This document shows positions 1-14,669 of a stretch of 50,956 bases of DNA, piece after piece. Position 1 is the first letter of the stretch. The number at the start of each line of letters is the position of its first letter. The notes beneath the pieces were generated by a model. It was given only the letters and a program-made list of their open reading frames with translations. It was not told the origin of the DNA and ran no database searches. The DNA is from Priapulus caudatus (taxonomy: Eukaryota). The position numbers were made by a program, and so were the translations under genes. The DNA is taken from NCBI RefSeq assembly GCF_000485595.1, contig NW_014577065.1:639728-690683 (forward strand), read 5' to 3'.

Positions 1-554
1 TTGCCTTTCAAATGACCCACTGACCACACGCCACACGCGCATGCCTGCCAGACTTACATTTCCTTACATCGGGTATGTACACGAATCATTGCTTATATGC
101 ATTGAAAAATGGTTTCCTTTCCAGCTAGGCTGACCCCCTGGGCTCCCGCGTCTAATCTCCGGGCGCCCTGCCACGAATTCGGCGAAGGGGGCAACTTGTT
201 TACTACTCTGCGATGCGGTTACGACGGGACATTTTTACTACTACGCGTAGATGGAACGCGATGCGGCGCAGCCCGGTTCCGCTGATTGATGGTGTCACGA
301 ACTTAGTTGTTCATTGCGCGGCTCCCTCGCTGAAGCTGGGGGTGGGATGGGATGGCGGGGGTGCTATTTCCAGCGGGAGAGGGTTCGGCTTGCGCGAGAG
401 AAGGGGGGTGGACAGACGGAGAATATTGGTCGGCGAGGGAGCCTGCCACAACATTTCACCATTCGCGACACATCCGTTCTCGCTGTGTGCGCCGCGTGTG
501 TATGCGCGTGGGCCGTCTGCCCGTGCGTCTGTGAGGTGCCATGTCGAGCCGCCT

Positions 555-655
555 GTGTGTGTGTGTGTGTGTGTGTCTGTGTAGGTGTCGTGCGTGCCGT
601 GCGTGCCGTGGCTGCGTGCGATGCCGTGCGTTGCGCGTGGCGTGTATGTGTGTGT

Positions 656-696
<41 letters not shown>

Positions 697-950
697 GCTG
701 TGCGCTGCGTGTGTGTATGTGTGTGTGTGTGTGTGTGTGGGTGTGTGTGTGTGTGTGTGTGACTGTGTGTGTCGTGTGGTGTGTGTGTGTGTGTGTGTGT
801 GCTGTGTTGTGTGAGTGTGTGATGTGTGTGTGTGCTGTGCTGATGTGTGTTGTGCTGTGTGTGTGTGTGTGTGGTGTGTGTGTGTGCTGTGTGTGTGGTA
901 TGTGTGTGCTGTGTTGTGTGTGTGGTGATGTGTGTGTGTGTAGTGTGTTG
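555..950. repeat. Degenerate (TG)n microsatellite
   Basis: Long TG/TGTGC run; explains the VCVC/HTHT pseudo-ORFs at 213-1221. Confidence 0.95.
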
Positions 951-2080
951 GGTGTTGGTGCTATTCGGTTGTGTCGCCCCAGCAGCGCCATGTACGACGC
1001 GACCAAATACAGGGCGTGTACTCATACAACACCGAAATTCTTTTGGGGAGAGGGTGTATCTTACTGCCTACGAAGGCCGAACACTGTACGCAGCTCACGT
1101 TCGCTATTTGCTGCACAGTAGTCTAAGCTTCAGACGTTTTCTCGCTACAATGAGAGAATTGTGTTACGCGACACCGTATGGCTGCCCACGATCGCACAAT
1201 TTGTTTCAACACTATAAATAACAGGGCGAACTATATTTCGTATTCATCGCACGCTTTCGCACACACACTCTCTCTCTCACGCACATTTACCGCCCAAAAT
1301 AGCAAATAATAACAACAACGAGGAACAGCCTATGTTCTTTTCAGCATATTTGTTGCATTCAATTTTATGAAGTTTATGTTTATAAAATTACTATACTATA
1401 CGCTTGTAAGGTAAAACACGCAAGCTTGAACAGCGTGCCCGTTAGCTGCTCATGGGTGGACGACAGCTGTTTCTGAATGGGCAACCCCACGCGTAAAAAC
1501 TAGCGTATCAAGTAATTTATAGTCACCCAGTCAAGCGTCTAAATATAAACGCATTCATTGGTTTTTGCACGGCGTATAAAAATTATAGTTAAGCCGAGGC
1601 ATTTTTCACTACGCGTCGCTGCGTGGCCGTGCCGCTGCCGTGGTATGGCCACGGCGATGGCGCTTCCGATTATTACTCGGTTGCCAAACGCGAGTAAAAA
1701 TGCTCACTCATTGCTGACAAGACATGCCAGAAAAAAAATCGCTCGCGAAATGTGTGTAGCCCGCCATCGGATATCTTTAGAACGATCGGTGTGATGCCGC
1801 CAAAAACAACACAAGCTAGTTGAAAAACTGCGCCATTCCACCGGCAAAATATAGCCACCGGCTGGCTTAAATATAGGCCAGAAACGATCGCGAGAAATAG
1901 TCGACGCGCGTGAAAAACGAAGACGGAAAGTATTTTTCTCGAAATAACGCCCAAATAAAAGCACCGCAGCATCCTTGCATGGCGGACATTTGGCGAGGCA
2001 CCTATCGGCAATTACAAACGCAGCTGCGGACATTACACCGCCCGAGACCGCGCGCCTGCCTGCGCATGACGCGAATCATT

Positions 2081-2430
2081 GGCAGGCAAGCAGGCAGGCC
2101 AGACAGACAGGCAGGGCAGGCAGACAGGTAGGCAGGCAAACAGCAGACAGGCAGGCAGACAGCACCGGAAGCAGGCAGGCAGACAGACAGACAGATAGAC
2201 AGACAGAAAGGACGGCGCAGGAAGGGCAGGCAGCGCAGGAGACAGACAGACAGACAACAGGCAAGGCAGGCAGGCAGACAGGCGGGCATGCAGACAGACA
2301 GACAGACAGACAGACACACAGACACACAAGTAGGCAGGCAGACAGACAGACAAGCAGGCAGAAGGTAAGGAGCATGGATGGATGGATAGATGGATGGATG
2401 GATGGATGGACAGATGAATGGATGGATGAA
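2081..2430. repeat. Compound tetranucleotide microsatellite (CAGG/CAGA)n then (GGAT)n
   Basis: ggcaggcaagcaggcag...agacagacag to ~2360, then atggatggatggat to ~2430. Confidence 0.93.
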
Positions 2431-3971
2431 TAAATACTTAGTCATAGTAAACATATTGACACGTCACGAGGACATACAGTTTCTCACAGGCGTTTATTCC
2501 ACAACCGATCCTGCAATGAATCCTCGATAGTAATTGTTTTTCAACAACCGCGTGGTGTTGACTTTTTTTGCCTGATCTTCTGACGCGGCCGAAGTCATGC
2601 GGATGGCGTTGCGAAAGAGAAGATCGATGCTGAATTACTAATTATTATTTCATCTGCGCTTTTAATTTATCCGTTGGGGTCGTAAAGGATATCCATCTCA
2701 CAGCTCCGCTTTTTATGTTTAGAATTTGCAAAATGTGAAGCGAAACAGCTGTAAGCACGCACCAGCACGCGTCCTATAGCCGGCGCTTACTATGTGGCAT
2801 GATGCGTATTTTTTCTCCACCTCGAATGACAGCTGCTCGACCTGGAAACGAATCTTACAGCGATGACACATAAACGAGGGTATCAAGTACGATGATGGCG
2901 TAGAAAAGGTCAACTCCGCAAGCCCCCCGGACGCGCATGCGCAATACATCTCGGCGCGAATGATTTCGGCAGCTTTTTTTGTCAAAACAAGTGCGTGCGT
3001 AAAACGCTTGTAGCGAAGCCAGCGTCATCTCATGCACAGGGCGGCGGCGATCGGCGTGGTCAACTATGATTTATTATTGCGTAAATACTGAGCACATACT
3101 ACGATACTTCCCGGCGCGGCGATATATGGAGCCGATGACACGTCTAACGATAATTTATCTACATCGGATGGCAATGAGGAATCGCTGTGGAATTTAACGT
3201 TTCAATCCACTGTTTTGTTGCGGAATGCTATGATGCGGCCTGCACATGTTAGCCATGCTGGCTATCATGAGGGAACGACGCAACCGCACGTCTATGTGTG
3301 GATGCGGAGAATTAGAGCATCAATAGAAACGGTGGGCGCGATGGTGTGTGAAGCTAGGCGAATAGCTCTATTTATTCCACGTTGATAAAGTAAGAGCTAG
3401 TAACGAAATATATGCAAACGCGGCTGAGCTGATCCATGTGTTTCACGCACTTGCGGTTGCACAAAATATCACTAATAACACTTTTTAACTTGACACATTT
3501 ATGATCGCGTAAGGGCAGCCGAACCGAGCTGGCGCAAAAGTACGAGAGAATATTATAAGTAAGTGCGCGCATAGTAAGTATAAATAGCCGTAGAAATCTA
3601 TAATTATTACACATGCCGGCTCAGACCTTGAATTTAAAGAGAAGACTGATAGCGCGTTATTGCAAGGGCGTCGTAACGCGGCCACGCTGTTACAGTAACA
3701 CGGAAAAACACGGCCTACATTTGCCCGCTGATAACCACACGCTGCTGGTAATATAAGCGTCTGACTATAAGGTTTTGACACATTCGAGACCAAATATAAG
3801 ACCACGAAGCATCGCAGAAGTTACATATCGTGTGAATATAATGATGAGAAACCTTTACATACTCTCATTATACACTCCAATAGGAAGTGCTGTGCAATCA
3901 GGTGCTCGGGTTATTCAATTAGAATCGGTAGGCCTATTTACAACCTGCTTGTCCGCATCAGAAGAAATATG

Positions 3972-4193
3972 GGATTAAGTAACTCATAGCAGTTTAAATA
4001 AAATCATGAATCAAATGGGGCAGTGAAGAGTTACCAATGTTTACATATGGCGGCAAATACTACAATAAGAAAACGAAGAAGAAAGATAGGATTAAGTAAC
4101 TCATGGCAGTTTAAATAAAATCATGAATCAAATGGGACAGTGAAGAGTTACCAATGTTTACATATAGCGGCAAATACTACAATAAGAAAACGA
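3972..4193. repeat. Direct tandem duplication, two 105-bp copies (period 117)
   Basis: ggattaagtaactcat...caataagaaaacga at 3972-4076 and 4089-4193, differing by about 3 substitutions. Confidence 0.92.
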
Positions 4194-4305
4194 GTTTACA
4201 GGGCATGGTAAATGTGAAAATACCATATACATATTCATCAAGAGTCCATAATAGAGACTATATGTATCTAGTATGAACTCTCTAAAGTCTCTATTATGGA
4301 CTGTT

Positions 4306-7300
4306 GATAAACATATACATACATATATACATATACATGTACACATACACATGTATTTGTATAACTACAAATGCACACATTATGCATATGTACATGTACG
4401 CATACATACAGATATTTACACACGGTATTTACATACCACGGTGCGATATTTTTTCCGGGCGCGCAACGTTTCACGGCCGCTGTTGGAAACTGGCTTAGTC
4501 TTAAGCACGTTGATGACAATAATGTAAACAAGCTTTCCAGAACCTGTCATTGGTTTCACTTCAATCAGCGGTCTCTTCGCTTTCATAAACAAACTGACTA
4601 AAACTACAGCGAAGATCCGCGGGTGCGAAAACAGGAACAGGAACTCGCGGTCGAAGGAATATTACGAGATAATTTGTTTAATCCAATACAGAAATGTATG
4701 TATGTCATTTTATAGGCGCGCTGAGGGATACCATGGTAATTTAGCGGTACACACTGGTGAGCCGTGTAGCTGGTATGCCTGTACGCCTGTGTGGAGGCCA
4801 ATCCGGTTGTTTCACACGAGAAATGTTGATAAGAAATACGGTTACTTATGAGATTGAGATCTGAACGATAAAACTAAGAAATGAATACGTCTACAGGACA
4901 ACCTATTTGGTGAGGAAAATAGACGGGTACCGGTAAAGAGAAATGATCTAGGTTGAATAGTCTGGCAGCTAAGGAAAATGAAGAGGCTAAATTATTGCAC
5001 GTGTAACGTCTGTAGAGGAGAGATAGTAAGAAAGAAATGAGAAAATAAGATGTACTGACAAGGAAAGAAAATAAATTCTCGAGAAAATAAACACATGACA
5101 GATTTGGAAGGTAGTATCAGAAAAAAGACGAAAAGGTAGAGAGAGATAACAAATGGGTGGGTGAGCCGAGGTTAGTCGAAGAAGGAGAGTAAGTTGTAAG
5201 AAGCGGATCAGGTATGCGACATGGGAAGAACGCCGAGATGGGTAATTGTTGATTAGTGGAGAACGGGAATAAAGAAGCACGCGAGGAGGGTGAAGATGGA
5301 GAATGAGAGAAAATGGTAGTAGTGTGGAGAAGGCAAAGAAGAGAGAGAGAGGACAAGGAAGGTTGAATCATTGTGGGTATATGATGTGGCGGGAACAAGA
5401 AAAACGTGAAGGCTGAATAGATACGAGGATACTGCGCTTAGAGCGGAGACGGGGGCGTCGCTTAGCACAATTCTACATGTTTTCATTGCCGCACGGAGTC
5501 TCTATCGCACGTCACGCATCTTCGAGAACGGACTCCGAGAAGGTTTTCTCGAAAATAAATAGACGGATAAATAAAACAAACCGCATCCTGCTGTTTTATT
5601 ACACGTATAGCGTAACGGATGTTTAGTGTAAATCAGACGTAGTTTTCATTCTAAACACGACGCGGAGAGCGCGAGTCGCGAGTCTGTTATCTTTCGGCGC
5701 GGCCAAAGTTGTAGCGCCGCGCGCAGCACGTAAAATCGCAGACGTGGTATTGTGACACGTGTTTCACCACGATGATGACGACGACGACAACAACAACCGC
5801 GCGGGATATGCTCTGCGAACATGTAGCAGTGCCTTGGCTCGGTGGGTGTCTGTTAGACCCGCCGGGGAGTGCGATGCGAGACGGAACACCCAGGAGACGA
5901 CGGCGTCTCCGTATATTAGCCAGCGCGCACGCCAACGTTTTGGAAGCAAGACTAAAAACATGGTCGCTATTTCTGTTAGCGAACACTAAGTCTTTCGAAA
6001 TGTGCTTACACATCCTGTAGAAAACCACTCGCAGAAGCGTCTTGTGTTCGTATAAAGAATTTTTTATGACTAACTGAGTTTAACATATCCTATAAGCTTA
6101 TATACTACTATACTATACTATACTATACTATACTATAGCTATTTTAGCTATAGGCTATACTATACTATAGCTGCTATAACTATAGCATACTATAGCTATT
6201 TATAACTATATTCTATAACTATACTACTATACTACTATAGATACTGATACTGAATACTATACTAATGATATCTTATACGTATACATACTAATAGTATAAT
6301 TCTATAGCTATACTATAATATAACTATAGCTATGACTATAGCTATACTATACGGTATATCTATAGCATATATCTATATAGCTATATCTATACTATAACTA
6401 TAGCTATTACTATAGGTGATACTATGAGCTATAACTATCTATAGACTATAATATACTATACTATATATACTATTAATACTTATACTATAGGCTATACTTA
6501 GTACTATAAGCTATATCTATACTATATATGCATATAAGCTATAGGTATACTGAATACTATACTAGAATCTATAACTAATACTATAATGTTATACTATACT
6601 ATATATACTATACTATATCTTATACTATATGTTTTTTTTGTTTTTTTTTTTTTTGTTTAAATAGCATAAGCTTATCTATCCTATACATATAGCGTAATAC
6701 TATAAGCTATAACTATAGCTATAAGGGCTATATTATACTATACTATATCTATACTATACTATAGCTATAATCTATATATAGCTATAATCTATAGCTATAG
6801 CTATATCTTATACGACTATACTATTGATATAGGCTATACTATACTCTAAGCTATACTATAGCTATACTCTCTATACTATACTATTAGACTATNNNNNNNN
6901 NNNNNNNNNNNNNNNNNGGTGATCGATGTGCCCGAATAAACATATACAAATATACATAATACATGTACACATACCCATTATTTGGATATGAGCTAACAAT
7001 GCGACACATTATGCATATGTACAGTACTATACTATCAGAATATTTACACACGGTATTACATACGGCACGGTGCGATATTTTTTCGGGCGCGCAAATCGTT
7101 TTCACGGCCGCTGTTGAGAACGAGCTGTTAGTCTTAAGCACGTTGACTGCCAATAATGTCACACGAAGCTTTGCCAGACAATGCTGTCATTATGGTTTCA
7201 ACTGTCATATCAGCGGTCTATTCGCTTTCGCTAACAAACCTGACTAAAACTACCAGCGGATGGATCCGCGGGTGCGAAAACAGAACAGGAAACTCGCGCT

Positions 7301-9465
7301 CGAAGGAATATTACGTGAGAATAATTGTTTAGATTCCCATCCAGAAATGTATGTAGTGTCGATTTTAACGTAGGCGCGCTGAGCGGGAATATTTACGATA
7401 CCATGTACACAACGCCTACGATGGAAGTCCGTCACCAACATAAACTTCGCACTAAGGTAGAAGATTCCACCGATGCGAGTGAGGATTACTGCGAAACTCG
7501 TATCGGACTTAAATAACATCAACGCATGATCGACACTGTGTGCGGATGCGGGATAAGGCCATATCAACCGACAATGGACATGTTGTCTGTACCGACCACC
7601 GAGAATAGTCAAGTGAAGACACGAGCAATTAAATCGAGTTGTCTCTGATTAATTTGGCAGATTGAGGATACTGAAAAGACTGATATTATAAAACATACAG
7701 AAGATGAATATGGCTATCATGCAACCTATGCAAAACCGAATCGGCATCTCTGAATCTCTGGTGAGCCTAGAAATTCAGACAAATGAGATAACGAGAAATT
7801 AGCCAATTCCATGTTAAATATGAAGAGTAAAAGACATATTCGTGGATTAGAATAGATCTGGCACATCTAAGACGGAATGATTTGAAAGACAGGCTCGTGA
7901 CGATAGGATCTGACGCACGGCATGTGAACCCGTGCTGTACTAGTGAGAGAGTAACAGCACACATAAATGAGAGACAAATTGATAGCGAGCGATGTACACG
8001 CCCACGGAACAAGGCACATAAAAATATTCCCAGCGGTTCAGTGTATAGGAGAAAAGTGCATAAAACACACTGACCAGTACTCTTGAAGGTCTGCTATCTC
8101 CAGCCATAAAACATCTGCAAAGGTAGTATCGAGTATGACTCTTTCATACTTTTGGGTGAGCCGAGGTTCAGTCGATAGAACATACGTAAGTTGTCTACAG
8201 ACGATCAGCTAATCTGGGCGACCATCTTGGGTACAGTTATACAGTCGCACGATCGTATGTTGATTAGGGAGAATCGGGACAGATCTATCATATGCGAGTG
8301 TAATTGGTTGACATCGTAGAATGATGACGAATATTTTAGCTTCTGCAGAACTAGCGATTTCCCTCCTCGCACGCCCTCTGGTCTTCTTGCTTCAATTTTC
8401 TCAAATATCGAGTAGACAGAAGCGAAAGGAAGGTTGAATATCATTGATCTGGCATAATCTCATTGATAATTTGCTGTGGGCGGCACAAGAAGAAAGCGTG
8501 AAGGCTGAAAGATACGAGTAATACTGCGCTTAGAGCCGGAGAACGGGGCGCGTCGCTTAGCATCAATTCTACATGTTTTCATTGCCGCACTGTGCTTCCT
8601 TTCTTTGTAAGTTTCTTATCGCGCTTATCTGTCAGGCATCTCTCTTTCTAACACTGGGACTCCAGTATGCACATTCTCCCTCTCTCAGGTTTTCTCGAAA
8701 ATCAAATAGACGATAATAAACACAGAAAACCGCACTCCTGTCTGTTCTATATTACTACTATAGCGCGGTACGGATGTTAAGTGTAAACAGACGTTGTTTC
8801 GATTCTAATCTCTAAATCACAACACGCAACCGGACGATGGCTCATCGCCGAGTGCGTATGCCACTTTCACGGCGCGAGGGCCACAAGTGTAGCAGCCGCG
8901 CCGCCAGCACCACTGTCAAATCGGCAAGACGGTGTATTGTGACACGTGTTTACACCAGTCGCTCTGCAGTGATACGGAACCTGACGACAAACAACAACCG
9001 CGCGGGATAATGCTTCGCTTCTCGGTGCTAACTTATCTGAGACGGCTTGGCTCGTGCGGTGTAGCTGTGTAGACCGCGTCTCTTCCTCTCCCGCCGGGGA
9101 TTGCCCGCAACTCTCCGAATACACCGGAAATCACTCCCAGGAGACTCGACGGCGTCTCCCGTATATTCCGCGCGGTCACGCCGGCGGCCACGCGGCCAAT
9201 TATAGTCACCACAGGTTGACGGCGTTGTATGTTATGACCAAAGTGTGGGAAAACAAGACTAAAACAGTGCGCTTAATTTCTGTTAGCGAACTAGCACGGA
9301 TTAAAAAGGTCTTACATTCGCGAGTCCTGATCCCACAAACTCCTCGTAGAAAACCATCGTCGCGAGTCCAATGGCATTCTTACAGTGTTCGTGAATACGA
9401 AGACATTTTTTATTTGACTAATTCTCTGGAGTTTTAATCAGTAAATACCATAACCTCCTATATTA
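4306..9465. other. Duplicated segment (~4306-6095 vs ~6934-9465) across a 25-N gap; probable gap-fill artefact
   Basis: Shared anchors occur in the same order: cacggtgcgatatttt, gatccgcgggtgcgaaaaca, gggtgagccgaggtt, attctacatgttttcattgccgcac, tttctgttagcgaac. The second copy is longer because of scattered 1-3 nt insertions. Confidence 0.88.
6095..6892. repeat. Degenerate (CTATA)n pentanucleotide satellite
   Basis: tactatactatactata with many indels, running up to the N gap. Confidence 0.9.
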
Positions 9466-9499
9466 ATCAAGTGCGATGCGAGAATAGTAGCGAGCGTTA

Positions 9500-11700
9500 G
9501 ATCTATAAGCTGGACGCTACTACTAGTTAACCAGCCGGCAGCACTTCATCACTATCGCTATACTGCACTACAATACATACTATACTAGACTGAGACGAAG
9601 CCTCGGGAAGCCTATAGTGCGCGCCGGTAGTTGCGTAAGCTTCTGCCTCACTAATACCATAGCTACTACGGAGCCGACAACTGGATACTATACTATACGC
9701 ATAACACCGAACATAATCTATACTAGCTATACTACTATACTACTATACTGATACACTATACCGTACTATAACTATAGACGCGTATACTATAACCTATCAC
9801 TAACTCTATAATGCATACTATCTATACTATACTAATACGGATAGCTATACCCTAATACTCATATATCAGATATGAGATAACTATAAGACTTGAGCCGGCT
9901 AAGCCCTAATACCTATACTGATACTATAGGCGCTATCACCCTGACTGATCTAACTGACTACCTAAGTTACTATAGAATCTTAACGAGAGATATACTCACT
10001 ACTAAGCTAATCAGCCCTATACTAAACTATGATTATACGTAATAACGCTATACTCTAACTTCATACTAGACCATAACGCGCCATATGCGTACTTATCTAG
10101 AAGCTGATCAGACTGCCTATACTAAATAACCGCACTATACTATACTATACCCTATAGCTATGAGCTATACTATTCTAATATCTATAACATAAACATACGC
10201 ATAGACTATACTATACTATATATAACTCATAAACATACTAACCAACCGAATACTATACCGCATACTATACCTATACTAAACCCTTAACTTAAAAATATCT
10301 ATACATACTGAACTATAACTAACTATATACTATAACTTACAACTATACTATACACTCTACTATACTATACTATAAACTCATAACTAATCATAGCTATACA
10401 TACTATACTATCATACTATACTAACTATACATACTATACTATTACTATACTATAACTATACTATTATCTATCTATCATACTATACTATACATACTATACT
10501 ACTATAGGATCATACTATACTATACACTATACTATATCTATAGCCGCCATACTATAGCTAGTACTATATCTATACATAGTCTATACTATAAGCTACTACT
10601 ATACTTATACTATCCTATCTATCTCATAACTAACTATACTATATCTATACTATACTATAACTATACTATATATACTATCCCATACTATATCTATATCTAT
10701 ACTATACTGATACTATACCCTAAAACTAGTACTATACTTACTATACTATAACTATACTATACCTAAGCTATAGCATAGCTTATATCTATAATACTATGCT
10801 ATAGCTATACTATACTATACTATACCTATACTATCTAATCTATACTAACTATACATACTATACTAACTATACATATTACTTACTATATCATACTAGTATA
10901 AGCAATATATTTGTAAACTTACATTATGATGACCTTGCGCTGATGTTATACATACAAAAAGTAGGCCTATACATATAACGACGACCTTTCACTATACTTA
11001 CCTATACGATGCGATGCGATGCGATGGGGCATGCGAGTCGATGCGATGCGCCATGCGTATGCGATTGCGATGCGATGCGATGCCGATCGATCTCATGACT
11101 ATGCTAGTGCTCTAATGCTATGCTTATGCTATACTACTACTAACTATACTACTATACTACTTACACTATACTACACTTATGCTATGATGCTGATCTATGC
11201 TAGCTGATGCTACTGCTATGATGCTGATAACTAAACGCTCCACGCCTACGCTACACTAAACTACACTAACACTACACTACACTACACCTACACTACACTA
11301 CACTACACTATTACTAATACTAACTATACTAAAAAACATATACTATACTATACTATACTATACTATACTATACTATACTATACTATACTATACTATACTA
11401 TACTATACTATACTATACTACACTATACTATACTTACTATACTATACTAGTACAAGCAATATATTTTGTAAACTTACATTATGATGACGTGCGCTGATGT
11501 TATTAAAACAAAAGGTAGGCCTATACATATACGACACGACCTTTCACTATACTATATATACTATACGATGCGATGCGATGCGATGCGATGCGATGCGATG
11601 CGATGCGATGCGATGCGATGCTATGCTATGCTATGCTATGCTATACTATACTATACTATACTATACTATACTATACTATACTATACTATACTATACTAGT
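9500..11700. repeat. (CTATA)n array with (CGATG)n, (CTATG)n and (CTACA)n blocks
   Basis: Noisy at 9500-11330. Clean CTATA at 11340-11446; CGATG at ~11566-11620, CTATG at ~11621-11640, CTATA at 11641-11695. Confidence 0.92.
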
Positions 11701-11796
11701 ATAAGCAATATATTTTGTAACCTTACATTATGATGACGTGCGCTGATGTTATTAAAACAAAAGGTAGGCCTGTACATATACGACACGACCTTTCAC
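10893..11796. repeat. Three copies of a ~101-bp unique unit separated by pentamer satellites
   Basis: ctagta(t/c)aagcaatatattttgtaa...cgacacgacctttcac at 10893-10992 (noisy), 11447-11547 and 11696-11796. Confidence 0.9.
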
Positions 11797-12910
11797 GCGG
11801 ATATCCATCAATATACAGGAGATCCAAGCATTCTGAATCGTGTTAAACCTGGTATGCACAAATTCAACATTCATCTCTCCTGCCGAATACAATCACAGTC
11901 CTTCACGTCTATTTCACATGAAGCTGATTCATAATAGTCACACATAGGCAAATGTAACCGACGCCTTTACCCTCGCAGTCCGGGATGATATTTATCGACC
12001 AATATTTATTGGATGTAACATAACTATATTTGTAATATGCGTAGCGCAGGGCATTCCGGGTACCCCCGATATGCGAGAATAGTACACAGCTCTCGTGTGC
12101 GGAATATAGACGTGCCTATAGAGTAACATGTAATCTGTCGAATAATCGCATTGCGTGCCAAAGAAGATGTTTTTCAAACAGATTAAATTAAAATTCATTG
12201 ACACTATCATTCTATGCTTTTCCAAATTGGTTTCTGCGGAATGCTAATTAAACCCATTGAAACCGATTTAAATATAGTAACGATGCTCTTGCAAAATATT
12301 TTACCATGCCTTTCGTTGTGTTTAACTTAAATATATTATAGGCTATACTAGACATGAATGTACGGCACGCTTCTTTCATTTTGAGTTGTACCAGAAATTT
12401 TACAAACAAAATCGCGCGAATAAAAGCGTAGACAATGCTGACTATGGACGCACGAGCATTTGTTTGAATTATGTTATGTTATTTGACTAGTACGTAATAC
12501 GTATATACTAAAGTGATAAAAACGGCAAAAAACGATATTGCACACTCGATGATATGTCACGTAATAACACAGAAAGCAGCAAAGAGTGCGCGGCAAGTGT
12601 CAACGGCAAGTGTAACGCGGGCAAACTTTATTGAGATATACTTTCTTAACTCATAGGCCAACAATGGTAAGTAGAAGTTGAATTTTGTGTTTTTATTGAC
12701 CCATCCTCCTTAGTAATAGTGAAACTCTCCGCGTTCTAACACTGTGGGTAAATTCGTTAGCAAACATGTATAGAAATATATATATATGCATGCTCTGTGA
12801 CGATGATCACGCGCCTTCCACTCAACACAGCTACTCAGTAATCATTGAGAAACGTAGCGGCGACTGCATCTCGGAACACATGTCACCGCTGTTGTGTTTT
12901 CTTTTAGAAA

Positions 12911-12932
12911 TTTCGCCCGAAAAGTATCGATA
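12911..12932. promoter_or_regulatory. E2F-like site next to a DRE (TATCGATA)
   Basis: tttcgcccgaaa at 12911-12922 and TATCGATA at 12925-12932, at the edge of a CpG-dense stretch. Motif match only. Confidence 0.3.
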
Positions 12933-13856
12933 AAAAACCGATAGCCATCGTGAATTTATTAAAATCTCAAACAGCCGACCGCGCAGCGGACCCGCCGATC
13001 TGACGTCACAGGCGACGGCGTCTACGCGCGGACACAGACGCATCTGTCAATGCGAATATCTGGCTATTCTTGTCCGTCGTTATGCCTGGCGACAAACGGG
13101 TTAACTCCGTTAATAATAAAACCCATTTCAGATTGGCGAGCCATCATCCCCGCACTGACTGCCTAAGCGCAGCGCGTCGTGTGCGTCGGATAGCATTTTC
13201 TCGCGCTTCTATTTTTTCTCGCCATTTCCGGACAATTCCCGCCGAATGCGCCCCGCGTGCGGCAAGGGTTGAGCAGACGAGCCGCTCAGCGCATCTGCTG
13301 TTATATTGGCGTGACAGTTAATAAACGTTTTGCTGCCTCTATTTGTGCCGCTATATAAGTTGCTTCATTCTTTCCCGACAAGAGCCAGAATTAATCAATT
13401 TCCACTCCATTCATCGTTCTCTTTCAGCCAGTTTTTCGCAAATTCCCGATAATTTGAATAAAAGCTTTATTTCGTAAAGCGCGGCATTATTGCGGTTATA
13501 CGGAGAGCACTATAACCCGGTAAGATGTCACTTGTTGGGAGCTCAGCGCATTCAATTCTACAAAGCGGTATACGGGATGAGAAAGCGGATTTTCGCGGGG
13601 GTTTGATGTTTATTAAAAAGGCCAATAGAAACTCGCGCGGCCCGTAGATTTTGCTAGTCTGCTTGAAATATATAAGCGCCTAATCCACTACACTGCCGAG
13701 ATGAGGCTGTGCGCACTCGCCTCACCTCGCCCCGCTGGATGGCGAAGCGGTTGTTTATCATTTATACACACGACGTGCAAACGTGGGGTGGGTGAGATTG
13801 AATATCTCCGAGCAGACGCCTCAAAATAATATTATAAACGAAGGTCTTAGCAGAGA

Positions 13857-14132
13857 GACAGCAGCGGTGACAGTGGCGGTGACAGTGGCGGTGACGGCAG
13901 CGGTGACAGTGGCGGTGACGGTGACGGCGGCGGTGACAGTGGCGGTGATGGCGGCGGTGACAGTTGCGGTGACGGCAGCGGTGACAGTGGCGGTGACGAC
14001 GGTGATGACAGTGGCGGTGACAGTGGCGGTGACGGTAGCGGCGACGGTGGCGGTGACGGCGGCGGTGACAGTGGCGGTGACGGCAGCGGTGACAGTGGCG
14101 GTGACGACGGTGGTGACAGTGGCGGTGGCGGC
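13857..14132. repeat. 12-bp GC-rich minisatellite (GCGGTGACRGYR)n
   Basis: gcggtgacagtg/gcggtgacggca iterations; source of the AVTV/PPLS pseudo-ORFs. Confidence 0.92.
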
Positions 14133-14669
14133 AACCCCGCTACTTAGCTACGATCGCCATTGATTGCATTACCGCGGCGTGGTTTGTGGCGGAGCCGAGC
14201 GAGCGCGCGCGATAAACGCGTTTACGTGATTAACTCTCGGAGCTCGTTGTTATTCGCGACGCTAGAAGGTGATGTTCGGCGGATCACCATAGCCTCAGTC
14301 CACTCACTCGTTCTACTTGCAGACTCAGGCCTGTTCGTACGTATTCGGGCCTGTACGTAGTACTTAGGTCTATTCGTTCGCACGTAGCGAGTGGGGTGAA
14401 TCTAGCGTGTGTCGGTGAAGTATAAGACGGGGGTCGGTATGTGCATAGCTTACGCAACTACCGGCGCGCACGTTCCCGAGTGCTTCGTCTCAGCAGTGTA
14501 GTAGCGTGATGCTGCCGTCTTGTTAACGGCGCCAGCTAGCTCTCGCTACATTCTCGCATGACTTTATTAAGGTGATTCGAACAAAAAACGCATCGTAATG
14601 CATGGAACATGGTTTGCGGCTGATGTTTTACCGTCAGAGTAACATACCAACCGTGTGAATAAGCGCGCG

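Noticed and set aside
213..2454. Long ORFs rich in VC/HT or RQ/CL dipeptides
   Set aside because: Direct translations of TG and CAGA/CAGG microsatellites.
2719..3037. Short minus-strand ORFs with a gtaaga donor near 2858 and an NRF1-like palindrome
   Set aside because: No recognisable protein pattern or acceptor; insufficient support.
12560..13530. Plus-strand exon hints: ATG|gtaagt at 12667, TATATAA at ~13352, ccg|gtaaga at ~13520
   Set aside because: The nearest acceptor gives stops and no coding continuation was found; isolated motifs only.
13783..14163. AVTV / PPLS repeat proteins (antifreeze- or extensin-like)
   Set aside because: Both derive from a 12-bp minisatellite; no ATG-initiated or splice-bounded frame.
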